64,000 nucleotides of DNA. Origin: a virus (lineage: Duplodnaviria; Caudoviricetes). Both the position numbers and the translations under genes were made by a program. Of this stretch, positions 8,690 through 18,348 are shown one piece after another. The stretch lies in IMG/VR virus record IMGVR_UViG_3300042988_001200; one strand, 5' to 3'. The first letter of the stretch is position 1. Every line of letters begins with the position of its first letter. The notes beneath the pieces are model-generated. The model did no database searches and had not been told where the DNA came from. It worked only from the letters and a program-made list of their open reading frames with translations.

Positions 8690-10928
8690 TAAAATATTGT
8701 TCCAAGAAGGTACTAGTTTAACTTTTCTAAATAGGGTTCAAGATACTTTGAATCAAGACCTTTATACTCTTTTTAATACTCTATACTCTGTTTTCTTATA
8801 TATAAATAAACCTTTAGTTGTTATAGAAGAAGATAAAGGAAGAGTCTTTGTATCCTCTGGTTCTATTTATATCTATCTAGATAAGGGTTATTTTATTAAC
8901 TTCCCCTCTTCTTATATACCTATAAGATCTAATAACTTTATTATTGGGTTATCTATTAGAACTATAGAAGAACCTAGTGGGGACCCTCAATTAGAAGATA
9001 TACCCCTTTCCTCTGTTCTAGGTTCATCTAAATTAGTTATTGAATCCACCGTTTCATCCTTTCAATCTTCTAATGATGTTATTCCAATAGCCTTTATAGA
9101 AGATAATAAAGTTGTTTATATTCCTAATAGATACTCTAATATTCAATCTACTATTTATGAATATTGGAGTTCTATTTTTGGATTATATATATCTAAGGGA
9201 TTCTATTACTCAATTATTGATAATAAAATAAAGATTTCTCCTGGGTTGGCATATATAAATCAATTAGTTATAGTAAGAGTTCCCACTATATTAGAGTTAA
9301 AACCTGGGAATATTATGTTAAACTCTCTAGGTGATATTTATTATGAAGAGCCTGTTACTATACCTTTATCGGATATCTCTTATATATATTCAGACTTAGA
9401 TGAGGTTATAGATAATGATTATAATTCTTTAATAGAAGTAGATGTATCTTCCTTTAGTTATATAAGTGAACCATTATCTATACCTTTATTTAATATAGAT
9501 ACTAATTTAAATATAATTCCCACTTCTAATAGAGTTATAGACATTAAAACTCTTAAGGAGAATATAAATATTAATACTCAATTAATAAGTAAATATCTAA
9601 ATCTTTTATCTATAACTAGACAAATAAGTATTAAAAAAAGTAATTTAATAGTAGAGAGTTCTATTAAGGATACTAATAGTGACCCTTTCCATCCAGAATC
9701 TAAGTTTGAAATATCTAATAACCAGGCTATTCCTACTATAGATTATGAGAGTTTTAGTCTAACTTCCTTTGTTTCTATTAATACCTTTAGGTCTAATGGT
9801 TGGATAATACCTCTGCATAGTAAGGATGATTCTATATCTAAACCTAAACAAGAGGAGTTAATTCTTCCACCTTTATCTAGATTTCTACTTGTATATATAA
9901 GAGGATTAGATATAAATCTTGGTTTATATCAATTAGAAATTGTATCTACTCATAGTATTCAACTAGATAGAACTCTTGTTCAATCTCTTAATATAGGTCT
10001 TTATACCTCAATAAATACTTATAGTCCAGATGAGAGAGGTAGATTATCTATAACTATAAAGACTCAACTAGCTTATATAAAGATTAATTCTTACATATTA
10101 GAGTTAGATACAGAGCATCATCTATTAGAAAAGCAGGGTGAGGTTATATTAAAACAGATACAAGGTATAGTTTCTAGTACAGAGGATTACTGCTGGATTA
10201 CTAATAATAAAGACACTTTAGTTCCATTATCTATTAATCTAATAGGTTTTTTAAGTAAGGTTATAGATAGTAATAGTAGTTTATTTATAGTTAAATACAC
10301 TTTATTTAACCAAATAGCTATAGATAAGTTCACCTCTATAAGTGATAACTATTATATTCATGGTTCTAGATTAACTCTTTATGCTAATAAAGGAATTAAT
10401 ATAGATTACTCAACAGTTAGATTACCAATATCTAATACTAAGTTATATATAGATATTAATAGAGAATATGAAGTTAACTATACTAATTGGAATATAAATA
10501 AAGAGGGTTCTCTTATTTATAGGTACTTAATTGATGGCAAAGAAGTCCTTTCTATAGATAATAAGAGAAGGTTTAGAGCTGAAATAGAGATAAAACCCTT
10601 TGCTATTGTTAAGGAAAATTCTACTTTTAATATAGGTCAGACTAATGGAATTGGTATTTATATATCCAGAACTTATAGTGTAGAGATATATAAACAAGTA
10701 GAAGTTATATTAGAAGGTCTTGTATCTAATGCTTATATAAGTAGTAATGAGGGTCAAACCTGGGATGAGATGTTAACTATAGATAATAAAACCTTTAGTA
10801 TTGATAATCTCCCCCCTTTAGTTAATATAGAAAGAGGGGATGGAACTATAGAAGTCCTAGAGAGAAATACCATTAAGTTAAAGATAGAGATGACTAATCT
10901 TAAAGGTTTCTCTATATATCTATATTAG
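8682..10928 (+). CDS. Tail/baseplate protein, diverged DUF4815-like paralogue
   Basis: The N-terminus KILFQEGTSLTFLNRVQDTL and IKISPGLAYINQ echo motifs in the upstream DUF4815 protein; 8-nt overlap with it. Confidence 0.5.
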   Translation: MDNKILFQEGTSLTFLNRVQDTLNQDLYTLFNTLYSVFLYINKPLVVIEEDKGRVFVSSGSIYIYLDKGYFINFPSSYIPIRSNNFIIGLSIRTIEEPSGDPQLEDIPLSSVLGSSKLVIESTVSSFQSSNDVIPIAFIEDNKVVYIPNRYSNIQSTIYEYWSSIFGLYISKGFYYSIIDNKIKISPGLAYINQLVIVRVPTILELKPGNIMLNSLGDIYYEEPVTIPLSDISYIYSDLDEVIDNDYNSLIEVDVSSFSYISEPLSIPLFNIDTNLNIIPTSNRVIDIKTLKENININTQLISKYLNLLSITRQISIKKSNLIVESSIKDTNSDPFHPESKFEISNNQAIPTIDYESFSLTSFVSINTFRSNGWIIPLHSKDDSISKPKQEELILPPLSRFLLVYIRGLDINLGLYQLEIVSTHSIQLDRTLVQSLNIGLYTSINTYSPDERGRLSITIKTQLAYIKINSYILELDTEHHLLEKQGEVILKQIQGIVSSTEDYCWITNNKDTLVPLSINLIGFLSKVIDSNSSLFIVKYTLFNQIAIDKFTSISDNYYIHGSRLTLYANKGINIDYSTVRLPISNTKLYIDINREYEVNYTNWNINKEGSLIYRYLIDGKEVLSIDNKRRFRAEIEIKPFAIVKENSTFNIGQTNGIGIYISRTYSVEIYKQVEVILEGLVSNAYISSNEGQTWDEMLTIDNKTFSIDNLPPLVNIERGDGTIEVLERNTIKLKIEMTNLKGFSIYLY

Positions 10929-10966
10929 TTTTAATCATAATAGAGTAATAAATAGTAGAAAGTCCT

Positions 10967-11092
10967 ATGAGAATTATAAAGAGTAATAAATCAAGTCCTA
11001 GTAATGTAGTCATATATAAGAGTAATTTATATATAGAAGAATTAAAGAAAGAGATAGAAAGATTAAGGCATGATAAATCTAGTCTAGATTAG
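10967..11092 (+). CDS. Possible small 41-aa protein (below the ORF-track cutoff)
   Basis: ATG at 10967 reads MRIIKSNKSSPSNVVIYKSNLYIEELKKEIERLRHDKSSLD*. It fills the intergenic gap and has a coiled-coil-like end. Confidence 0.3.
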   Translation: MRIIKSNKSSPSNVVIYKSNLYIEELKKEIERLRHDKSSLD

Positions 11093-11656
11093 GTCTTTAC
11101 TCGGTCTAAGGATGTATTCTATAACACTTTTTATTCTATTCTTTAGTTTCTTATTTTGTAAAGGTAGATCAGAGACCTTTTTTAAGTTTATAATCTTATG
11201 AACTCTTAAATATTTTTTAGGACTATCTCTATATACATGAGTTTCTATATTGAAGGGTTTAATATAAGATTGAAGAATAAAAAGATTTTCTACATTTTTA
11301 TTCTCAATTTCCATATAATGCTCTTTCTTATTATTTTTATTTTTTATATGTATAATTTGAGATTTACTATCAAAGATTCCACATATAAACCCTATGTTTC
11401 TAATCTTTTCATCTTTAAATTTATAAGTTAAATCACTTAATAAATCTATCTTATAATTAGTCTTTTTTGCAGTAGAAATAACTAACTCAAATTCTTGGTC
11501 TAAATCTTTTAGAAAGTTTACAAATATGTCTAGAATATCCTTATCTTTTATATTAATAAGATTTTTTACTCTAGTAGCTATAAAGAAAGCTCCCTCTAAC
11601 CAACCCATTTTATAATCTAAATGGTTTTCTTCAGTAAGAATAAACTTCTTTCTCAT
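11084..11656 (-). CDS. Degenerate LAGLIDADG-type homing endonuclease (free-standing)
   Basis: Two LAGLIDADG-like helices (YKMGWLEGAF and IGFICGIFDSKS) followed by MEIENKNVENLFILQSYIKPFNI. Antisense to the operon, with more A/T homopolymer runs than the flanking genes. Confidence 0.55.
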   Translation of the reverse strand: MRKKFILTEENHLDYKMGWLEGAFFIATRVKNLINIKDKDILDIFVNFLKDLDQEFELVISTAKKTNYKIDLLSDLTYKFKDEKIRNIGFICGIFDSKSQIIHIKNKNNKKEHYMEIENKNVENLFILQSYIKPFNIETHVYRDSPKKYLRVHKIINLKKVSDLPLQNKKLKNRIKSVIEYILRPSKDLI

Positions 11657-11748
11657 TATAGTTTTTAATATGTTTCTTATTTATTATAACTACCTCTTAT
11701 TACCTCTATTAATTTATAAAGGTAATATTAATACTAATATTTATTTAT

Positions 11749-13839
11749 ATGAATAAAATAAAGGTAACTGTTCTTAAACCTTTCTCCTATATATTTGCTG
11801 GAACTACTAAATATATGAGAGAGGGTCAGATAGTGTATTTTGATCTTAATAATAGTTCAGAGTCACAGGAGGCTTCTTATGTTACTAGTTCCTCTTTCCC
11901 CTATAGAGCTTTTATATCTGTAGAGTTTGTTAACTCTAGTGAGAATTGTGGAGACTCCTCTTCTGGGAGTGGAGGTTCCACTGGAGGGGGTTCTGGTACA
12001 GGTGGAACCGGAGGTAGTGGCTCTGGAGGAACTAATCCTCTAGGTAGATGGTTAGGTGCCTATCCTACTGCTCCTAGTAATCCTAGTCTTAATGATTTCT
12101 ATTACAACACTTCTACTGGACAACTTCTATATTGGAATGGTTCTAGTTGGTCTCTCTTTAATTCAGGTACAGTGGGTACTGGGGGGGGCTCTAATGGTGG
12201 GGGTTCTGGTCAATTACCTCCTATACAGGGAGACCTTTTATTACTACCTAATAATGAGTTACAGATAAGACCAGGAGTTATATCAGATGCTGATATTAAT
12301 CCTAATGCTCGTATTAAGTTATCTAAGTTAGAGGTTAATCCTTTAGATAGGATTAATCATACAGGAGTACAGACTAGTAGTAGTATTGTAGATTTCGATT
12401 CTAGAGTAAGGTCTAATAGCTTATCTATGTTTAAACCTGCTACTAGTTCATTATCTATGGGGGGATATAGGATAACCGATTTAGATTACCCCTGTGATGC
12501 TGATGATGCAGTACCTAGAGCTTATGTAGATGCCAGATTAAATAGTATAGACTTCTGTTCTTTACTTCCAGTTTCATGTGACCTATCTCTTAATGGTTAT
12601 AAGATAACTTCATTATCAGAACCCTCTAATAATGAGGATGCTGTTAACTTAGGGTATATGAAGGAATATATAACCAAATCTCTAGGATTATATTCTAGTG
12701 TTAGATTATTAGCTAATTATTCGCTTAATAGTCCTAGTGGTACTTCCTATGTTATAGATGGTAAACAAGTAAGAATAGGAGATAGAGTTCTTTTATCCTG
12801 TGAAAGTGACCCTAGGATGAATGGAGTCTATATAGTTAGTAATGGTTTATGGTTTAGGTCAGAGGATACAGACTCTAATGTAGAAATAGCACCAGGTAGA
12901 ATATTCTTTGTTACAGATGGTAATCAATTTAATAACTCTGGGTATGTAACTTTCTCTCCAGATAATCCTATAGTTCTAGGTATATCTCCTATCTATTTTA
13001 ATAAATTCACTGGTCTATCCCCCTCTAATATTGGTCTGGGTCTTCATCTAGTTAATAATAGATTAGAAGTTAAACCTTCTATAGGTCATACTATTGTTAC
13101 TACTAATGGGGTGGAAATAGACCCTACATGGTCAGGTTCCTCTTCTATTTCTATACTAGGTAATATTACTCAGGGAAGATGGACAGCTAATCCTATAGAA
13201 ATAGCTTATGGAGGAACAGGGGCGGGAAATGCTTCTCAAGCTAGGATTAACTTAAGAGCAGCTTCTTCTGGAGTTAACTCTGATATTACTGCTATAGAAG
13301 GTTTAAGTGTACCCCTTAGTGTAGACCAGGGTGGTACTGGTGGTTGTACTCCAGATGAGGCTAGATTTAATCTACAAGCTGCTGATTGTATTAATGGAGT
13401 ATCTACTTGTATAACTCAATTACCTAATCTTGTTGGACCTATTGGTATTCATCAAGGGGGAACTGGAGCTACTAATAGAGATACAGCTAGATTTAATTTA
13501 TTAGCAGCTAAGAGTGGAGATAATTATGACATTACATCACTCAATGGATTAACCACTCCTTTGTCTATACTACAAGGAGGGACAGGTGCTACTACAGCAC
13601 TTCAAGCTCTTACTAATTTAGGAGGAGTTTCTAATGCAGCTAATATTGGTATTGGTTCTGCTATATTTGCACAGAAGAATGGAACAGTATTAGAGTTTAG
13701 AAATATAAGAGTTAATCCTGGTATTAGTATTCAGATAGTAGGTAATGATATAGTTCTATCTCCTAACTTAATAGCAGGGGCTGGTATTCAACTTAGTACA
13801 GTAGGTAATGCTATACAAATAGTTAACTTAAATCCTTAA
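11749..13839 (+). CDS. Fibre-like virion protein (tail or head fibre)
   Basis: Gly/Ser linker, FYYNTSTGQLLYWNGSSW, NHTGVQ, a fibre-type module (YVIDGKQVRIGDRVLL...NGVYIVSNGLWFRSED) and repeated L.I..GGTGA....AR.NL motifs. Confidence 0.75.
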   Translation: MNKIKVTVLKPFSYIFAGTTKYMREGQIVYFDLNNSSESQEASYVTSSSFPYRAFISVEFVNSSENCGDSSSGSGGSTGGGSGTGGTGGSGSGGTNPLGRWLGAYPTAPSNPSLNDFYYNTSTGQLLYWNGSSWSLFNSGTVGTGGGSNGGGSGQLPPIQGDLLLLPNNELQIRPGVISDADINPNARIKLSKLEVNPLDRINHTGVQTSSSIVDFDSRVRSNSLSMFKPATSSLSMGGYRITDLDYPCDADDAVPRAYVDARLNSIDFCSLLPVSCDLSLNGYKITSLSEPSNNEDAVNLGYMKEYITKSLGLYSSVRLLANYSLNSPSGTSYVIDGKQVRIGDRVLLSCESDPRMNGVYIVSNGLWFRSEDTDSNVEIAPGRIFFVTDGNQFNNSGYVTFSPDNPIVLGISPIYFNKFTGLSPSNIGLGLHLVNNRLEVKPSIGHTIVTTNGVEIDPTWSGSSSISILGNITQGRWTANPIEIAYGGTGAGNASQARINLRAASSGVNSDITAIEGLSVPLSVDQGGTGGCTPDEARFNLQAADCINGVSTCITQLPNLVGPIGIHQGGTGATNRDTARFNLLAAKSGDNYDITSLNGLTTPLSILQGGTGATTALQALTNLGGVSNAANIGIGSAIFAQKNGTVLEFRNIRVNPGISIQIVGNDIVLSPNLIAGAGIQLSTVGNAIQIVNLNP

Positions 13840-14011
13840 TCTTACTCTTTATATAACAACTATTATTACTACTATATTTACAGATTCTATCCTTTACTTG
13901 CTCCTCTTTCATTTCTTTATTCATACTGGTTACATAAATATCCCTAATTCCATGAATAATCTTAATAGAACAAACAGGACAAGATAAACAATCTCCAGGA
14001 AAAATAGACAT
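13823..14011 (-). CDS. Small Cys-rich protein (CPVC...RICKY...C), putative metal-binding
   Basis: 62 aa, CLSCPVCSIKI...DRICKYSSNNSC. It fills the gap between two fibre genes on the opposite strand. Confidence 0.55.
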   Translation of the reverse strand: MSIFPGDCLSCPVCSIKIIHGIRDIYVTSMNKEMKEEQVKDRICKYSSNNSCYIKSKIKDLS

Positions 14012-14044
14012 ATCTTTATATGTATGTTTTTATTTATGATAATA

Positions 14045-14066
14045 ATATCCTATTTGATTAGGATAT
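14045..14066. promoter_or_regulatory. 8-bp inverted repeat in a divergent intergenic region (possible operator or hairpin)
   Basis: ATATCCTA-tttgat-TAGGATAT between the divergent starts at 14011 (-) and 14098 (+). Confidence 0.3.
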
Positions 14067-14097
14067 AAAGAAATTCCATAGTACATAAGAATAATAA

Positions 14098-17000
14098 ATG
14101 AATACAAGAATAGCAGTTAATATATTAAAACCCTTTAGACATATCTATGGTAATAAAGATGTTCAGATGAAGGAAGGACAAGTCTATTACTTAGATATTA
14201 GTAAGCCTGATGATAAGAATGAGCTTATATATATGATGGGTGGTAGTTTTCCTTATAGATTCTTTATTTCTATAGATATAACTCCAGAGTTACTAGATTT
14301 ACTTAATGACTCTAAATTTGATGTCTATTCCGTTCCTCCATCAGCTCCAGTTCAAGGTCAAACCTACTTTAATGATGTAAGTGGTATTCCCTATATCTAT
14401 AATGGTAGTTCTTGGACGCCTATGACTGGTAGTGGAGGAGGGGGTGGAGGCACACCCACTGTAGTCCCTGCATTATTTGGAGATGTAACTTCCGATGGTT
14501 ATAGTAATAATGTACAGATAGTACCAGGGGTTATTACAGATGCTGATATTAGCCCTACAGCAGGTATTCAACTTAGTAAACTAGCTACTAATCCTTTAGA
14601 TAGAACTAATCATACAGGTACTCAATTAGCTTCTACTATATCTAATTTTATTCCAACTGTTCAAACAGTTCCAGTTAACCAATTAGCTCCTGCTACTGGT
14701 AACTTGAATATGAATAACTATAGGATTATTAACCTTGCTAATCCTATATCTGGTTCTGATGCAGCTAATAAACAATATGTAGATTCAGCTATAGCTGCTG
14801 TAGGGTTCACCTCCCCATTACCTCTTAATAAGGGTGGTACAGGGGTAGCTGCTACTACTGGAGTAGAGGCTCTTAACGCATTAGAAGGTGTATACTCTGG
14901 TAGAAATTTACCTGTTAGTGGCACTCCTCCTCTTAATAGTGGTAGAGTTTTTGCTCAGAAAAGTACAGGTACAGGTTCTACACCCTCTTATCTAGACTTT
15001 AGAAGAATAGTTGTTACAGCTCCATTAAGTATTATAGAGAGTGCTGATGCAATTACTATTGGCTTTACTGCAGGAGGGGGTACTACTTTAGATATAAACA
15101 CAGCTTTAAGTGGTTATCCTTTATCTATAGTTAATGGCGGTACGGGTGCTACTACAGCTACTAACGCTAGAGTTAATCTAGGGGCAGTAGGTAGAGGGGA
15201 GAACTCATTAGCACCTAGCACTACAGTAGGTAATGTGTTTAGAGATGTTGTTAATAGTGGTGGAGACATTACTATGAGATTTAACTCTCTTAGTGAAGTT
15301 CCTCTTGGAGGTATTGATATTAATGAAACAGGTGGGGTCATTCAACTATCTGTTAGACAATCAGACCTCTCCTTAGCTAATATTGGGGGTTCTATTGACC
15401 TTACTAGTAGTCAGGTTACAGGGGTACTACCTATAGCTAAAGGAGGTACTGGGGCTACTACTATTAGTGGTGCTAGAGATAATCTTAATGTTGTTTATGA
15501 TGCCAGACTTATTACTGGGGCTACTGGTCAATCAGTATTATCCACTCCTGCTGTAGTTCAACAAATAGGGGATGGGGGCATTATTAATATGAAAGGGATT
15601 ATTGCTGGTAGTAATATTACTATTACCAGTAGTGGTACAGATTTAACCATTAATTCAACTGCCACTTCTACTATCACAGCAGCTAACCTAGGTACAGGTG
15701 ATGGTAAACCCTATCATAGTGTTACTGGTACTACTCTTAACTTTAGATCAGTACAAGAAGGAATGGGTATAGATGTTGTTAATAGCATTAATGATATAGT
15801 TGTTAATCTAAGATCTTCATATATTGGTACTACTGGAGCTAGAATAGCTAACTTACCATTAGCAGCTAGCTCTCCTCTAGAGTTTAGAACCCTTCTTCAG
15901 GGAACTGGTATTACTATTACAGAGAACACTAATGACATCACCATTAGTTCTACTGGAGCTTCTACTGTATTTAATGTAGGTGGGAAGCCTGGACAGGTAT
16001 ATAGAGACCTACTTAATGGGATTCTTAATCTTAGAACTATAGGTGGAGCTACTGGAACTATTAACCAGGATGGTCTCCTAGTAACAACTGTAGGAGATGA
16101 AATTCATATTCAATCTAATATAGTAGATGCTGCTTCATTAGCTACTGGACAACATATCCTAACTAACACCACCCCCATTACTACTACTGGTAACACTCTT
16201 AACTTTAAAGGTGTACTAGCTGGTAAGGGTGTCTCTCTAGCCTCTTCCACTGGTACTGATGTAGTTATAGATGCTTTATTAGCTTCTGTAGGTCCAGGTG
16301 TACCCACCCTAGTATCAGCTAGCCCTGCTGTTGGAGCCCCTTATCAATTAAAGACTGTACAAGCAGGTACTGGTATTACTGTTACAGATAATGGAACTTC
16401 TATTACCATAGCTTCTAGTAGTACAGCTATTACTGGGGATTATGGGTTATTACTAACTGGTTCTGCTATGAAGGTAGAGGCAGTTAATCTAGGGGGTCAA
16501 CAAGTTGTATTAGCCAACCCCACTGGTGGTATTAATGACCCAATGAACTTTAAAGGGTTAACAGCAGGTAAAGGGACATCCCTAGCTCTATCTACTGGTA
16601 CAGAGATTATTATAGATACCCTTATAGCTTCTATAGGCTCTGGACAAACTCTATTAGGTACAGCTCCTACTAATGGTCAGCCCTTTAACTTTAAGTCTCT
16701 ATTAGCGGGTACTGGTATTACATTAACCCCTGCTGCTGACTCTATTACTATAAGTTCTAGTGCCCCCACTGGAGCTGTTAATGTAGGTACTGGTCAACAG
16801 GTCTATAAAGCTCTTAATGCTGGTGTCCTAGAGTTTAGAACTATTCTAGGGGATTATGGTATTAATGCTACTACTGTAGGGGATACTGTTAATATTGCTG
16901 CTCATGCAGAGAACTTACCTGGTGCTGGTCAATTAGTTCTATCTACTGCTAGTCAGGGTAGTGCTGACCCATTAAGATTTAAGAACATTACTCCTGCTCC

Positions 17001-17631
17001 TACTAACCCAGGTATTAGTGTTACTGCTGATGTAAATAACATCTTCCTCCAAGCTCATGTAAGTGGAGTAGCTCAAGTAGGGACTGGTGTATCATTAACT
17101 ACATCTGTTCTACCTTTAACCCCTGGTTCTATCCTTAATCTAAGAACTGTTCTAGGTGGATATGGTATTAATGCGGCTCCCTCTACTTCTACTAATGAAG
17201 TTCTAATCTCAGCCCATGCAGAGAATATTGGTACTGGTGTAAATGTTTTATCTAATCCTACATCTACTACAGATACGGACCCAATGAAGTTTAGAAAGAT
17301 TTTAGCGGGTCCTTCTGGAAGCATAACAGTAAATGTAGTTACAGATGATATTGTTATTGATTCTACTGGAACTGGTATTGGATACTCTACATCTGCTGCT
17401 CTTGCTCCTGTAAGTAATTTAGGTATCCATAGATGGACAGTTACTCATAATCTGGGTTTACCCTCACCCTTTACTCAATTTACATTCTCAGCTTATGATT
17501 CAGTAACTGGAGATTATATAGTAATGGATAATATTACAGGAGTAGATGGTAACACTGCTGTTTTTACTATAGTAACAGGTGGTGCTTCTCCATCCACAAG
17601 CACTCATTTCCGTATTACTAAAGCTCTATAA
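14098..17631 (+). CDS. Long repetitive fibre protein, paralogue of 11749..13839
   Basis: Shares the N-terminal domain and the NPLDRxNHTGxQ block with 11749..13839. Has about 14 repeats of the type (L/M)xF(K/R)xlxxGxGIxi and a C-terminal WTVTHNLG. Confidence 0.8.
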   Translation: MNTRIAVNILKPFRHIYGNKDVQMKEGQVYYLDISKPDDKNELIYMMGGSFPYRFFISIDITPELLDLLNDSKFDVYSVPPSAPVQGQTYFNDVSGIPYIYNGSSWTPMTGSGGGGGGTPTVVPALFGDVTSDGYSNNVQIVPGVITDADISPTAGIQLSKLATNPLDRTNHTGTQLASTISNFIPTVQTVPVNQLAPATGNLNMNNYRIINLANPISGSDAANKQYVDSAIAAVGFTSPLPLNKGGTGVAATTGVEALNALEGVYSGRNLPVSGTPPLNSGRVFAQKSTGTGSTPSYLDFRRIVVTAPLSIIESADAITIGFTAGGGTTLDINTALSGYPLSIVNGGTGATTATNARVNLGAVGRGENSLAPSTTVGNVFRDVVNSGGDITMRFNSLSEVPLGGIDINETGGVIQLSVRQSDLSLANIGGSIDLTSSQVTGVLPIAKGGTGATTISGARDNLNVVYDARLITGATGQSVLSTPAVVQQIGDGGIINMKGIIAGSNITITSSGTDLTINSTATSTITAANLGTGDGKPYHSVTGTTLNFRSVQEGMGIDVVNSINDIVVNLRSSYIGTTGARIANLPLAASSPLEFRTLLQGTGITITENTNDITISSTGASTVFNVGGKPGQVYRDLLNGILNLRTIGGATGTINQDGLLVTTVGDEIHIQSNIVDAASLATGQHILTNTTPITTTGNTLNFKGVLAGKGVSLASSTGTDVVIDALLASVGPGVPTLVSASPAVGAPYQLKTVQAGTGITVTDNGTSITIASSSTAITGDYGLLLTGSAMKVEAVNLGGQQVVLANPTGGINDPMNFKGLTAGKGTSLALSTGTEIIIDTLIASIGSGQTLLGTAPTNGQPFNFKSLLAGTGITLTPAADSITISSSAPTGAVNVGTGQQVYKALNAGVLEFRTILGDYGINATTVGDTVNIAAHAENLPGAGQLVLSTASQGSADPLRFKNITPAPTNPGISVTADVNNIFLQAHVSGVAQVGTGVSLTTSVLPLTPGSILNLRTVLGGYGINAAPSTSTNEVLISAHAENIGTGVNVLSNPTSTTDTDPMKFRKILAGPSGSITVNVVTDDIVIDSTGTGIGYSTSAALAPVSNLGIHRWTVTHNLGLPSPFTQFTFSAYDSVTGDYIVMDNITGVDGNTAVFTIVTGGASPSTSTHFRITKAL

Positions 17632-17640
17632 ATATAAATT

Positions 17641-17862
17641 ATGAAGAAACTAATTGTTGAATTAAGAAATTATGCTGCTTCCAAAAGTCTTAAGATGGAA
17701 GAAGTTGGTTGCTATAGAGTTGATATTGAAGGGGATCATTACTTAGAAGAAGAGTACCTAGCTCTAAAGGCTCTACCTTCTTCTAAAGAAGTTTCTACCT
17801 CTATCCCTTCTATAGGTGAATATCCAGTGGTTCTATATGTTAAATCAGAGGTTAATGACTAA
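17641..17862 (+). CDS. Hypothetical protein
   Basis: 73-aa ORF 9 nt after the fibre stop, with no competing ORF. Confidence 0.6.
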   Translation: MKKLIVELRNYAASKSLKMEEVGCYRVDIEGDHYLEEEYLALKALPSSKEVSTSIPSIGEYPVVLYVKSEVND

Positions 17863-17886
17863 TCAAATATATGAATAATTAACTAT

Positions 17887-17916
17887 AATAAGGGGGTATA
17901 AATACACCCCCTTATT
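17887..17916. promoter_or_regulatory. 11-bp perfect hairpin ending 3 nt before the ATG at 17920 (terminator or translation-control hairpin)
   Basis: AATAAGGGGGT-ataaatac-ACCCCCTTATT, followed by TCT and then ATG. Confidence 0.6.
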
Positions 17917-17919
17917 TCT

Positions 17920-18348
17920 ATGAGTTCAACTTTATATATTCAATCTTTTATATCTAAATTAGATAAATCTAAGGATACTCTAGAACTTAGACAAGAAGGT
18001 TTTAAAGTTAATAAGATATTTAATTATCTGTCTTCTAAACTTAAGGATTCTCTTTCAGAATATAAAATAAAGACCCTGGCTATCCTTTTACAACATCAGT
18101 ATGTAGAAGGTTTTACTATGGATGAACTAGTATCTGTAGGTTCCTTAAGAATAGACTTATTTAGTCATAATACTAATGAAACTATTAGACCTGCTATATG
18201 TGCTAATAGTTACCTCTATGATACAGGCTCTGGTAAAGTCTATGATGACCTCTATTCTAAAGGCTTATCTAGTTATCAAGTTAATTATTTGATATCTTCT
18301 AATAAACGCTCATTAACTAAGTTTGTTATAGATTGTTTATCTTTATAG
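17920..18348 (+). CDS. Hypothetical protein
   Basis: 142-aa ORF; no family recognised. Confidence 0.55.
   Translation: MSSTLYIQSFISKLDKSKDTLELRQEGFKVNKIFNYLSSKLKDSLSEYKIKTLAILLQHQYVEGFTMDELVSVGSLRIDLFSHNTNETIRPAICANSYLYDTGSGKVYDDLYSKGLSSYQVNYLISSNKRSLTKFVIDCLSL

Noticed and set aside
7917-12268. Nested or opposite-strand ORFs at 7917, 11237 and 12056
   Set aside because: They overlap better-supported genes and are low-complexity hydrophobic artefacts.
14718-17324. Minus-strand ORFs at 14718, 15114, 16110 and 17073
   Set aside because: They lie fully antisense to the repetitive fibre gene and have no recognisable motifs.
11749-17631. Diversity-generating retroelement or invertible fibre cassette
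   Set aside because: The paralogy is visible at protein level only. No near-identical template/variable repeat with A-specific mismatches, reverse transcriptase or invertase was seen in the window.
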